The translations under genes and the position numbers were made by a program. This document shows, piece by piece, positions 50,861 to 63,041 of a stretch of DNA of 64,000 bases (the first letter of the stretch is position 1; every line of letters begins with the position of its first letter). A model generated the notes under the pieces. It ran no database searches, was not told where the DNA came from, and was given only the letters and a program-made list of their open reading frames with translations. Origin of the DNA: Paraspadella gotoi (lineage: Eukaryota; Animalia; Chaetognatha); contig CM119266.1 of the NCBI GenBank assembly GCA_051294375.1, forward strand, positions 8,811,621-8,875,620, read 5' to 3'.

Positions 50861-50908
<48 letters not shown>

Positions 50909-51192
50909 CCCCACTTCCCTCTCTCCCACTCTCTCACCACACAATCACTCAATTCGACCTCTCTTCTTTTAATAGTTCCTCTACTTTTTTTCTTTTCCTT
51001 CCTTTCAAACTCTTTGCCAAGATCTCTCTTTCTTTTCTTTTTCCTCTGCGGACAGCGGCCTCCCATTTTTTTTTTTCATTTCTTTTCTTTTCTTCATTTT
51101 CCTCTTTTCCATTTGTCTTACCCATCGTTACTACTTACCCTCAGCCTCACCCTCGGTCGTGATTCGGGTCAGACCGTCCCGAAGTGAGAAGC

Positions 51193-51232
<40 letters not shown>

Positions 51233-51663
51233 TCATCGTCGTCGGCATTAAACCGCTTTCGGGAGTGAAGCGGCGTGCACCGGCGTCACACCGTCAGCGA
51301 ACGTGACTTTCTCGCTTCTGTGATTCTCACGCAATGGAGGCGAAAAAGTGAGACTCGAAAAATATCGACGGGAATTGTAACTCACCTTTTTTAAGCTGAC
51401 TCTGTCGGAACGTTTTCTTACCAAACTTTCCTGCTGTGTTGTTATCCTGTAATGGGCATGGAGGCCCTAAACCACTATATCCTGTCCCAAGTTAGAGGCA
51501 AGATAGTTCAATTAGTGAATAAATGGACATATTTGTTTTACTAATCCCATATGGTAGAATCAATTGCATCGGGTAGAAAAGTTAGTTGTCTATCATAGGA
51601 AACATTTTTTTGGACTAAAGAGTTTGTGAGAGCATACCAAAAGACTGCGGGGTGCTTACTTGT

Positions 51664-51709
<46 letters not shown>

Positions 51710-52158
51710 CATCGGGGAAGGTCTTGCAGATATCCTTCCTTTAAAAAAAGATTCCTTTCAAAAAAAATCTTTGAACCTTGAAATGCCTCGGCCTAAAAAG
51801 TTTCTTCTTTCCCAAGACATTTCTTAGAAATCAGAGGCCTTAAATTCACTTCACACCTCCCGACTAAACATCAGCCGTTAACCACCTCAAGATGACGTTA
51901 ACTGTTACTACGGACGTTACTATCGAAAAAGCGAGGCTCGCGCCCTCTTTCTTTTTCAAAGGCGCCATTTTTATCGTTCTCTCACTTAAAACGAATTCTT
52001 TTTCTTTTGGCGAAAAAAAAACACGAGGCGATGGTGAGACGTCTTAGACGGTTTTTAAGTCTGAGAATAAAAAGAAAAAAATTTTGTATGTATAATTGTA
52101 TATAAAGGGAGAGTTTTAACTAACAAATTGAAGCTATCCCTAGATGGATGTGATTTGC

Positions 52159-52204
<46 letters not shown>

Positions 52205-53142
52205 TCTACTCACGTCGTTTTCAGATTTGTTGAAAACGAAGAAAGACTCCGAAAATGAAGATAGTTTCTTCGGTTAAAAAACTTTATATATTTATACTGA
52301 ACAGTAATTTTACTAAAATTGAGAATAAAATAGAATTTTTTACAATGTGGCGTCTCAGCGGACATATATTTTTGTCCTATTCATAATTGACATCAGTTTT
52401 TTTTTTCTTTTTTTCTTTTTTAGGAAGTATTTTATTTTAACGATAAGAACAATAATTGGTACGATGTAAAAGATTAAATTACCTATAGATGACATTTTCA
52501 ACTTTTTTCCCAGGACCTTTCTCATCTTCAAGTGATTAAATTACATATAGATGACAAATAGATGACATTTTCAACTTTTTTCCAAGAACCTTTCTCATCT
52601 TCAAGTGATTTCTGAAAGTCGCTTCATCGCGACTCAAAAATTGAAAAAAAAATATTTTCTGGAATTTTCGGTGAGAAAAGTAAACAAACGGAAGATCAAA
52701 ATATTTTCCTTCTCTTTTTCCCTCACGCGAATCTTTTTCGCTTCCATCGAGAAGAAAATTTAAAATTCGAAATTTCGAAAAAAAAAAATAGAAAAAAAAT
52801 TTAATAAAAAACTTTTTAAAAAAATTTACAATTAAAACAATTTTTAATCTCCTTTCCCTTTCTTCTTTTTAATTATCATTCAAGTCTTCGTCTTTCCCTA
52901 ATCAACTTTTTCTTCCTCTTTATCTTTCCACCAATCATCGATCGAGCTCCGGTCACGTGATCCGGAACATTTCCTCTCCCCCGGATGTAATTTTCCAGCT
53001 CGGATAAAAGTCGTTTCCGTATTTTCCCCGTTTCTTTTTTTTCGTCACTCGTCGTTAAGAACGCTACTCAATTCGAAAAGAGAACGTTTCTCTTCTCGAA
53101 TACTCGGTTCATCTCATTTATTTTTTTCCCTGGCAGTTGGAA

Positions 53143-53197
<55 letters not shown>

Positions 53198-53813
53198 AGG
53201 ATCCTTGTCCCGAGATTAACTCTAAATTCGAGGAAACTCCTCCAATTTCGATATCCGTGTAGTTGATCCAAATCTTTTTTAGGAGCGGCTCAACACCTTT
53301 TTTTGGGGAAGGTAGATAAGGATATCGCCATGCATCTTCAACATAAGCCGAATCCTGATGGGAAATATCTCGCTTACGGATTTAAACGCGTCATCGCATT
53401 GAATTACATTCGAAAATATTCTCAACTGTAAATGTATATATATATATATATAATTGTATCTCATTGACTTAAAGTTTTGACAATCCGTTTATTTTTTTTT
53501 ATTTAGTTCACCAACCGATCCAAAATAAACTGTACCTAAAGAAAAAATTATAAAAGAAAAAATCTGCGAGAAAAAAAATGAAAAAAGGCACGAGGTTTTT
53601 GATGACGTCGTAAGCGGTAAAAAAAAAAGGAAAATAAATAAGGCATTTTCTAAAAAAAAAAAGTGGGAAAAAAGTAAATAAAGCGAATCAAATAAAAACA
53701 TAAATCGAACTATCGTATCTATATAATATATTCCATTCTAAACCGGATTCTCGTTTTCATTTCCGCGACGAATTAATAAAAAAAAGAAAAGAAGAAAATA
53801 ATAAAAGAAGAAA
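44420..53813 (+). repeat. Direct tandem duplication: ~44420-49313 (noisy) and 49361-53813 (cleaner), separated by a 25-N gap
   Basis: Both copies start tttgttttttcgacc..cgtatc and end ccgcgacgaattaataaaaaaaagaaaagaagaaaat..aaaagaagaaa(a)tt, and are collinear throughout. Confidence 0.92.
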
Positions 53814-54257
53814 TTGATCGATTGCTCATTTGTTCTCGCGTCCCGAGTTTTTTTTTTCTTTTCTTATCTCAACTCCAGAAGTTTTTCCTCCGTTCTGACT
53901 TTTCTCCTTTTGCGATCATCGAGGAGAAAAAAAAAGGAAGAAAAAAGGAAAGGAAAAAAGGGGAAAAAAAGGAGAAAAAACCTTTTTCTAAAAAAAGGGA
54001 GGCGAAAAAAGGAGTAAAAAAAAGAACTAAAAAAAGGATTAAAAATAAAAGGAAAGAAAGAAGAATCGATGTCGAGAAATTATCGAAATCGTTTCCTCTT
54101 TCTCGTCCCCTCCCTCTCTCCCTCCCTCTCTCCCTTCCTCTCTCCCTCCCTCCCTCCCTCTCTCCGTCGCTCCTCACTCGTCTACCAATCGTCTCGCTCT
54201 CCCTCAATTTCTCCCTCTCACTCTCTCCAAATCGTCGCGAGGCCGAAACAAACGCCG

Positions 54258-56424
54258 ATGAAGACGCTAATTCTGATTTACTTCTGCCTAATGGGTGAGT
54301 TTAAAATACGTATTTACTTCTTTTTTTCGCGTTGTTGTCGTTGTTGTCGTTGTAATCGTCGTCATTTNNNNNNNNNNNNNNNNNNNNNNNNNNNNNNNNN
54401 NNNNNNNNNNNNNNNNNNNNNNNNNNNNNNNNNNNNNNNNNNNNNNNNNNNNNNNNNNNNNNNNNNNNNNNNNNNNNNNNNNNNNNNNNNNNNNNNNNNN
54501 NNNNNNNNNNNNNNNNNNNNNGGGGGGAGGTTCGTAATGATGGGCGAAGATGGGCGTCGTCGTCGTAGTCGTCGTTGTTGTTGTCAATGTAATTGCGATT
54601 GTGGATAATCAGACTTAATCATTAGACTCTCTCTCGTTTCTCTCTCTCTCTCTCTCTCTTCTCTCTTCTCTTTCTCTCTCTCTCTTCTCTCTCTCTCGTC
54701 TCTCCCTCTCTTTTTAATTCTTCTTCCTTTCTCTTCCCCTCTTTAAGTTGAACTACTAAGTGTCACAAGCAATTTCCGAATTGCTCTTCCTTCCATTAAT
54801 CTCTTGTTTTTTTTTTTGTTTTTTTTTTATCAACTGCAATTAAAAAAGATTTTGATAGCATCAACCATTTGATAAATTTTAACTTAATAAAAAAAAAGTA
54901 CATCTTTAAAAAAAATAAAACTTGATTTTCGCACCCTGGAACCCCGGTTACTCTCGGTCATTACCCCNNNNNNNNNNGCTGGTCTCCTCGCGGAGCCTGG
55001 GAATGTTTAGCCAATTTGTTTTTAAAAAGAATAAAAAAATTAAATAAGTTTTTTATTAATCCCGTGAGAACAGACATAGCGCTGTCATTTGGTACACAAC
55101 GCTGATGTTTACTAACAATTATTAACCACGGCATTGAGTAATGGACCTTATAGTTGTAACAACTAAAAACGAATTAATCTTGGTATGAGGCGATCTTTTG
55201 TCAAGTTTGCATATTCTATTTTTTCCCCAATTTATTATAATATAATTTCAACTGTTTCAAATTGAGATTGTGTAGCGGCGGTTTCCACCATCCTTTGACT
55301 GATCAGTTTCACCCGCAATTCGCGATCTGACTCTCTCTCTGGAATCGGTGAAACTGACCAGTGAGCTTGCAGTCGACTCGCAGGAAATTCTCCGGGGCAT
55401 TGTCGCCATAATTTTCCATATTTACTGTCTCAAATTATTGTTTTCACAGAAAAAGGGAGGAATCTTATGTTCATTTTTTCCTTTTCCCCTTAACCCACTT
55501 TTCACCAGTTCCCATTATGTCCCTTTTTACCATCTCCCCCCCCCCGAAATTGCCATTTCGCCATTACCACCCCCCCTTTCTCGATCGGTCGTCGGCGCAA
55601 AAAAAAAAGTTTATCACCGAACGAATTCGTCGCTTCTGGTTTTCACCGCAGATAAACGTCAGTGAGACTCGGGATTTGTGCGACCAAGCAATTCCAATTT
55701 CGAGGGACCAATCGATTTGGATGGCGGAGGGGGGGAAGGGACCAAGCAATTTCATTTTCGGCCAAAAACCGATGCAGAGCTATTGAGAGATTTGCCGTCG
55801 TGAGCCAATGTAATCGAAAGAGAGAGTGAGAGACGGACCAAAAACAAAAGATCAGCTGAGTTTTTGTGATCACTTCGTCAGAAAAACTGATTTGCTACCC
55901 AGTTATTTAACAAAGTTGTAAATTTTTAAAATTATATGAAATTGGTACAACCAATATAAAAATTATCCATTCATTTAATAAATAAGCTATCTTGCCCCTG
56001 ACTTTGGACAGGCTTTTTTATATACGAGAAAAATTTATTTTGGTATCGAGCTAAATGTTGAAGGTTTTTGTTTTAGGCGTCAATTTAAGTCAATTTTGAC
56101 TAAAATAAAACAGTATTTTTGAACAAAGTCGTTGGGTAAATAATGCAGAAGTAAATTATTTTTAAATATATAGACATTTCAACCAAGATATCAAATTCCC
56201 AAGTTTTAAAACTTTATAGACTATTTCCCTCGTAAATTTAATAAATTTTAATTTTCATAAAACCCCTTACATTATTTTCATCTCATCGTGCATTTTTTTG
56301 TCATTTTCTCCGTTTAGGATATATTATAACTACACCAGCGACTCCCCCTGCTCCAACTTGTAATGACTCCATCAGCGACTCCAATTACTGCGTCTCCGTG
56401 CGACGAAAATTCGAAAGAGATTAA
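54258..56424 (+). CDS. Candidate small secreted Cys-pair peptide gene (exons 54258-54294 and 56318-56424)
   Basis: MKTLILIYFCLM-G|GTGAGT joins in phase to a strong acceptor (ttttctccgtttAG), giving GYIITTPATPPAPTCNDSISDSNYCVSVRRKFERD*. No homology recognised. Confidence 0.3.
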
Positions 56425-57109
56425 AAGAGAAAAAAGGAAGAGAAAAAATGCAAACGACAGAAAAGGGCGGAAGGCGAACTGAAAAAAAAAAGTGAAAAAA
56501 AAGAAGAAAATATGCAAAAAAGGCCAACTTTCAAGAAAAAGGAAAACGAAAAATAGAAAAAAGAAAAAAAAAGAAGAACCGGAGTGAAAAAGAAAATGCA
56601 AGACAAATAAGAACTGTCAAGTTTAAAATGTTGCTTAGTGGTAATTTTCTTTGATATAAATTGAGTATTTTCAGACGATTACCTCTCAATCTTATGCATA
56701 TTATATATCTTATAGGACGTCAAGGATACTATTAAGCATTAATCTAAATGAGGCAGTATTTTTTAGGTTATGAGTATTTAAAACTTAAGTTACAGATAAA
56801 CAGACCGACCGATCGACCGAACAGTGACTTATAGAGCAGCGAACTAAAAAAGAGATTAGCTCAAGAAAAAAAGTTAGGGGCGAAAAAAAATAGCATCTAT
56901 TTTTTGACAAGTTTTCTTCATTTCTTACTTTTTTCACTTCCAAAAGAGATGCCTTAAAATGGCGACTCTCTCTGTCTCTCTCTCTCTCTCTCTCCCTCCA
57001 CTCTCTCCCTCCACTCTCTCCCTCTATTATCCCTCTCAGCGTTCTAAATGAAACGTTGCCAATCTCATTACAGACAATCATCTTTCACAATCTTCAACAT
57101 TTCCTTGGA

Positions 57110-57360
57110 GACTTTGTTTACACGCTCGACGTTTCTCGATAAACATCAAGAATTCTTTTGTTTACATATTTTTTTTCCTTATTTTTTGTTGACAGTCCAG
57201 ATTGAAACTCTGGAACAAAACCAGTTTGTACCGGAACAAATAATTAGTCTGCCAATTTCCCGTTCAATGTCTGAGTCGTGGGCCAATCAGCGATCGAATT
57301 GATTCAATATTCTTTTCCACCAATCAACGGCCAGTTTGGGTCCCCCTTGGCCAATCAGAG
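57110..57360. promoter_or_regulatory. Cluster of four CCAAT boxes and several forkhead-type motifs
   Basis: CCAAT at 57252, 57283, 57320 and 57351 (two as GGCCAATCAG). TGTTTAC at 57115 and 57159, ATAAACA at 57139, TGTTGAC at 57187. Confidence 0.35.
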
Positions 57361-57433
57361 CCCTTCTTTTTCCCCAGCGACGAAAACCCGTCGAGAAACG
57401 AAATCCAAAAATCTGGCGGCGTAGCGGGTTGGC
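57355..57433 (-). CDS. PIP kinase last coding exon
   Basis: Acceptor ttttccccAG. The phase-2 join gives QEPTRYAARFLDF; TGA at 57357-57355. Confidence 0.85.
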
Positions 57434-57580
57434 CTGGGGAAAAGCAAACGAGAGAAAAAAATGAATACATGACTGAAATAATATATTAGAGAAAATTATA
57501 AATACCTTATGAATACAAATGACTAAAATGAATGTATGAATAGAAAACGAAGAAAAGTGGAATAATCTAAGCATAGCTTA

Positions 57581-57619
<39 letters not shown>

Positions 57620-58080
57620 TCCGGATATTGTTTTTGTTGACGTCAAAGGAAGAAGGTAAACAAAAGACGTCTCGAGATTGGAATCCGTCGACAAAGAGAA
57701 CCCGACGTCTTTCCTTTTTTTTCCAATTTTCCTTTTTTTCCCTTTTTTTTGATAAGGAAGAGAGAGATGAGATTTGCGATTATTAAACGCGAAAAGTTGA
57801 CGTCTAATGTTTTCTGTCTCTTTTCTCGTCAGTCAATCAAAAGGGAAAACGAGTTACTCAAGTTTTTTCTTTTCTTTTTTTCTTTTTTTTTCTTTTTGAA
57901 AGTCGACGATGAAGGAAGAAGACGAATGGAAATGAGAAGTTGAGGAATGGATGAGAAGATGAAGATGATGAGATGAGAGTTGATAACTTATGATATGAAG
58001 ATAGGAAGAATCAGTGAAATTAGTAAAATGAGATACTTTATATATAATATGATTATGATATATGAGCGCGTTAAGCTACC

Positions 58081-58127
<47 letters not shown>

Positions 58128-61100
58128 CGATTGGACTCACTCTTGCACCGAGACGTCGCCTCCATCATCCACGATCGACTTCGCCGCCCGCTCCCACTGT
58201 TTTCGAGTCCCGTACACCTGAAAGACGGAGATTTAATCAAGGTCCACAACCACAACCACAACCAAACCTCCACGCGCCCACACAAAGACGATTTTCGAAA
58301 CCCCACAGAGAGATCCACAATCCACTCCCCACATCGCACCCACATGCATACAGCCCTACAGCCCCACTCTCTCTTAAATCCTGAGTCAAAAAGTTCGAAT
58401 TTTATTTTTATCGAAATCGCAAAGGGAATTCGAATTTCCGCCCCATAGGGCTCGCCCTTCTTCATCCCCCGCCCGCCCTCCTTTGCTTTCTTCCTCCTCT
58501 CTCCCTCTTATTCCCCGTCATAGAAATCCACTTAGAGTCTAAGTTAGACTATGTACCTTTTTTTTTATTTGATTAAATTCTCGCTTTACTATTTAATTCG
58601 AAGGTGGTCGAGGGAAAAAAAAAGAGAGAGAGAGAGAGAGAGGGAAGAGAGAGAGAGAGAGAGAAAAAGATTTACTTTTTTGCTCACTTTTTTTTCGAAA
58701 TCACGTGATGACTTTTCCTCGTTTCTTCATCCGTTTTGATTAAGGCACAAAAACCGAAAGGGAGGAACTGAGCGGCGAAAAAAAGGAGACAGGGAGGAAG
58801 GGGGGACCAGAGAGCGGAGAAGGAGACCAAGGGAGGAAGGGAAGAAAGGTAGGCGATCACGCAAAGGGAATAAGCAGATCACGAAGGAAGGAAAGGAGGA
58901 AAGGAAGGAACTGAGCGGGAAATAGGAAGTAAGGGAGAAGGGAGAGAGGGGAAAGGAAGGGAGAAAGGGGGAATAAAAGTGATAAGGATAAGGAAACGGA
59001 AAAGGAGGAAACGAGGAACTGAGCGGGAAAAGGGAAGGGAGGAAGGGGGAGGAAGAGAGAGGAAGGAAAAGAGGAAAGGAGGGACGAAAGGGAATAAGGA
59101 AAGAACGAAGAGGAAGGAAAGGAGGAAGGAGGAGAGAGGAAAAGTAGAAATGGATCATGTAGGGAGACTAGAAGATTGGAATGAACTGATTTAATGAATG
59201 AGAATGAAATAGATAATAAGAAATTAGAGAAGACAATTGGAACTAAAATTAGAGAAGAAAAGGGGAATCAACTGCAGTAAAATAAACCTTAGAAAAAGAA
59301 AAGAACAATCAAGAAAAGTCAAGGGGAACATATAGAGAAGAAAAAGGAACATAGAAAAGTAAAAGGTTCGAAGAAACACGAGAGGCGACGGTTTGGAAAA
59401 AAAGATTCCAGAGGAAGAGAGAGAGAAAAAACGTGATGGAGAAGATTAAATAGAAGATGGAGAAGATGATATAGCGTTGATGTAGAGGAGATGAAAGATG
59501 AGATGGGGAAAGAAAATGTACCGCTCGATTGAAAACGTGTGGTCGAGACAATTTTTTTTTCGGCCAGGGAAAAAACGAGATGATAAGGAGGNNNNNNNNN
59601 NNNNNNNNNNNNNNNNNNNNNNNNNNNNNNNNNNNNNNNNNNNNNNNNNNNNNNNNNNNNNNNNNNNNNNNNNNNNNNNNNNNNNNNNNNNNNNNNNNNN
59701 NNNNNNNNNNNNNNNNNNNNNNNNNNNNNNNNNNNNNNNNNNNNNNNNNNNNNNNNNNNNNNNNNNNNNNNNNNNNNNNNNNNNNNNNNNNNNNNNNNNN
59801 NNNNNNNNNNNNNNNNNNNNNNNNNNNNNNNNNNNNNNNNNNNNNNNNNNNNNNNNNNNNNNNNNNNNNNNNNNNNNNNNNNNNNNNNNNNNNNNNNNNN
59901 NNNNNNNNAAGAAAAAAAATTTGAGCCAAAAAACTAACTTGAAGGATGTCGATAATTCCAAAACAAACCCAAATATCCTCTTTAGAACCGGGTCTTCTCC
60001 CTGCGAGAAGAAAGGGAGGAAAGGAAAGAGAATTAGAGAGAGGGGAGAGGAAAGAATGGAAAGGAAAAGGAAATTAGGGAGAAGTAAGAGGAAAGGGAGG
60101 AAAGAAAAGGAAGAGGAGAAAAGGAAAGAGAGAAAATAGCATTAAGAAGAGGAAAGGGAAAAGAAAAAAACGGAGAAAAAGAATACATATTATAAAAAAG
60201 AGGAGAGAGGAAGGAAAGAAAAGAAAAGAAGGAAATGAAATCGCATTAGAAAGAGACAGAGGAAATGTTAATATGTTAATGTGTTAAAATGTTAATAAAG
60301 GAAGGATTTAGGTTTTAAGAATTAATAATTAAATCAGAATGAAAAGTTAACAAAGAAAATGATTGAGAGAAGAAAGGAGAAGAAAATATAGATAGGAGTG
60401 GGAGAGAGNNNNNNNNNNNNNNNNNNNNNNNNNNNNNNNNNNNNNNNNNNNNNNNNNNNNNNNNNNNNNNNNNNNNNNNNNNNNNNNNNNNNNNNNNNNN
60501 NNNNNNNNNNNNNNNNNNNNNNNNNNNNNNNNNNNNNNNNNNNNNNNNNNNNNNNNNNNNNNNNNNNNNNNNNNNNNNNNNNNNNNNNNNNNNNNNNNNN
60601 NNNNNNNNNNNNNNNNNNNNNNNNNNNNNNNNNNNNNTTTCCTCACTATCGGAGAAACGAAACGGTGGAGCGGGGGCTAAGTTTTTGGAACCAGAATTTA
60701 TTGCAAGCAGTTGAAAGCAGTTGGAAAGCATTACGAGTTAATTCTCGGAATGAACGGTACTTAAATCGTAGATTAAGTAGGATCGATAGTTGTCGAATAA
60801 GACGGAAGAAGTTGTGTAGATGGGTTATTTATTTGCCGGATCATGCGAGTAAGAAATCATGTTAATAAGAAATTAAAGATTTTGGGTTAATTATTCATTT
60901 TTTAAAATTTTATAAAATCAGGTTATTTTTTTCATAATTTTGTATGAAGGAGTTAAAAATAAAAATAAAAATCTAAAATAAATAAAAAATAAAAACAATA
61001 AAAATAAAAATAAAAACAATCAAAAACCAAAAAATAAAAAGAGCAAAAAACCAGAACATGAGTCATAACTCGAATCTACAAACGAGAAACTTTTTCGATT

Positions 61101-61185
61101 CTTCACCTCGAACGACGTTTTGAGTCGTGGCTTCCGGCGGCGACTCCCCCAGCAGCCCCAGCAGGAGGCTGTAGTCCATGATGTT
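57355..61185 (-). CDS. PIP5K1: Phosphatidylinositol-phosphate kinase (PIP5K, type-I-like), C-terminal exons; partial, upstream exons in gaps or beyond the window
   Basis: Exon (gap)61185-61107 NIMDYSLLLGLLGESPPEATTQNVVR carries the PIPK catalytic-loop MDYSL motif. Candidate exon 60676-(gap) APAPPFRFSDSEE. Exon 58217-58141 VYGTRKQWERAAKSIVDDGGDVSVQ is the activation loop. Exon 57433-57355 EPTRYAARFLDFVSRRVFVAGEKEGL* has the PxxYAxRF motif. The GIID exon is presumably in an N-gap. Confidence 0.85.
58141..58217 (-). CDS. PIP kinase activation-loop exon
   Basis: Acceptor tctttcAG, donor GTGAGT, phase 0/2. Confidence 0.85.
61107..61185 (-). CDS. PIP kinase exon with IMDYSLLLG motif (5' part in gap)
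   Basis: Direct translation; donor GTGAAG, phase 1. Confidence 0.85.
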
Positions 61186-62499
61186 NNNNNNNNNNNNNNN
61201 NNNNNNNNNNNNNNNNNNNNNNNNNNNNNNNNNNNNNNNNNNNNNNNNNNNNNNNNNNNNNNNNNNNNNNNNNNNNNNNNNNNNNNNNNNNNNNNNNNNN
61301 NNNNNNNNNNNNNNNNAGAGAGAAGAGAAGGAATTAAGAGAAGAAATTCTTTAAGAGAGACATAGGCTTTTCTCTCTGTCTCTCTGTATTTTTAAGACTA
61401 AACCTAACATAATCTAGCCAAACCTAATCTAACATAATCTAATTTAACTTAATTCTTTTTTATTTAATATTAAATACCGTAAGTCTTTTTCAAAAAAATC
61501 CGAATTATTTTTTCTTCCGGGATTCGGTCTCTTTCAACTTTCCTCTTTCAAACTATAAACCCGACGCTCATCATTGGTTCAAATTTTCGTAATGCCGTGA
61601 CAGTTGGAACCATCATCATCATCATCATCATCAGCATAAAAAAAACCTAATCAAATATCGCACGCAGGAACTAATTGCTTTTTAAACAAAAAAAAAACCA
61701 AAAAAACGAAAGAAAAGAATAAAGAATAAAAAACAAAAGAACAGGGAGAGAGCGGCTTCTCTCTTTTTACCCAATGCGCACGCGCGTCTGGCAATCGTTT
61801 CCTACCCCCCCGCCCCCCTTCTTCTTCAAACTACCGTGACGGATTGTCGGAAACGTTGGGGCGGCCACAATCTCAACCACCACGCAACCACAAGACGAGG
61901 GCCGCGGTTGCTTTTTTTATATCACGTTCTTATTATAACTCTCGCTTGTTAAAGATGTATAGTACTATATTATACTATTATTAGTAAATAAGAATTTTTA
62001 AAAAAAGAAAGCAATATATAGTTTGAATAAATAATAATAGATTAATACTAAATCCTTTATAAAAATATTTAAAATATTAAAATAGAAAAATAAAAAATAG
62101 TGAAACAAGTCATTTGCAAATTTTCATCATATTTTTCAAAGTAAGGTCTTTTCGCTGTCTAATTTGTCTCTGAAGCTGTCTCTATGCTTATCTTTCTCTT
62201 CACTGTATCCTCCTCTCACTCTTCTCCTCTCTCTCCTCTCTCTCTCTTTCTCTTCTTTCTCTCTTTCTTCTCTCTCTCTCTCTCTCTTCCTCTCTCTCTC
62301 TCCTCTCTCTCCTTCTCTCTTCTCTATCCCACTCCTTCCTTTTTCACGATCGATTTGTTTTATCTCAAGTAAAAAAAAAAATTAGCTACAGCGAAGTTCG
62401 TATTTTTCGTTGAGTCACTAAAGTTCGACTTCGACTCAACGATCAACCCATTTACTCTTCTTTCGTTATAACTACTTCCCTCTGTACATCTCACCTTCC

Positions 62500-62819
62500 G
62501 GCGCTATTTTCCTAAAGCGCACCATTTTTGTTGCTAATAACTGAACTTTCTTTTATTATAAATATTTAACCTTAATTTAAAAAAAAATTTAATCTAATCT
62601 ATAACCTTAATCTTTAACCCTCATACTTAATCTTAATAAAATATTTAATCCTAATCATTAATCCAAAACCCCTTATCCTTCACCTAATTTTAATCATTAA
62701 TCAATTTTTTAGTCAAATCTTTAACCTAACATTAATCTTTACCTTTAACCCTAACCCCTAACCTAATTCGTTTTTTTTAAATTTAAGCTGAAAAGGGGCT
62801 CTTTCAGAAAATATAGCCC
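62500..62819. mobile_element. MITE-like element with ~28-bp imperfect TIRs and a degenerate (CCCTAA)-like interior
   Basis: Left end ggcgctattttcctaaagcgcaccatttt, right end aaaaggggctctttcagaaaatatagccc. The interior is rich in aacct(t)aa/ccctaa. Confidence 0.6.
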
Positions 62820-63005
62820 TTCCCTTTCCCGTCGAAAGAAGTAATAAAAGTTCGAAAAAGGTTTTCACTCTTTTTTTTTTACCTGAAGAGAAGAGAAGAG
62901 GAGGAAGAGCAAAAAATGGGAAGAGGAAAGAAAAAAGTAACGAAAAAAAAAGAAACTAAATTTGAAAAAGAAAATGTCGTCGACGTTAAAATTTATGACA
63001 AAGTG

Positions 63006-63041
<36 letters not shown>

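Noticed and set aside
52479-52610. Two ~65-bp direct repeats (also at 47880-48020), superficially CRISPR-like
   Set aside because: A simple two-unit tandem duplication without spacers, in eukaryotic DNA with no cas genes.
1282-61185. Functional cluster idea: a PI(4,5)P2-binding PTB adaptor near a PI(4,5)P2-producing kinase
   Set aside because: The genes are over 40 kb apart with an unrelated gene between them. There is no evidence of co-regulation without synteny data.
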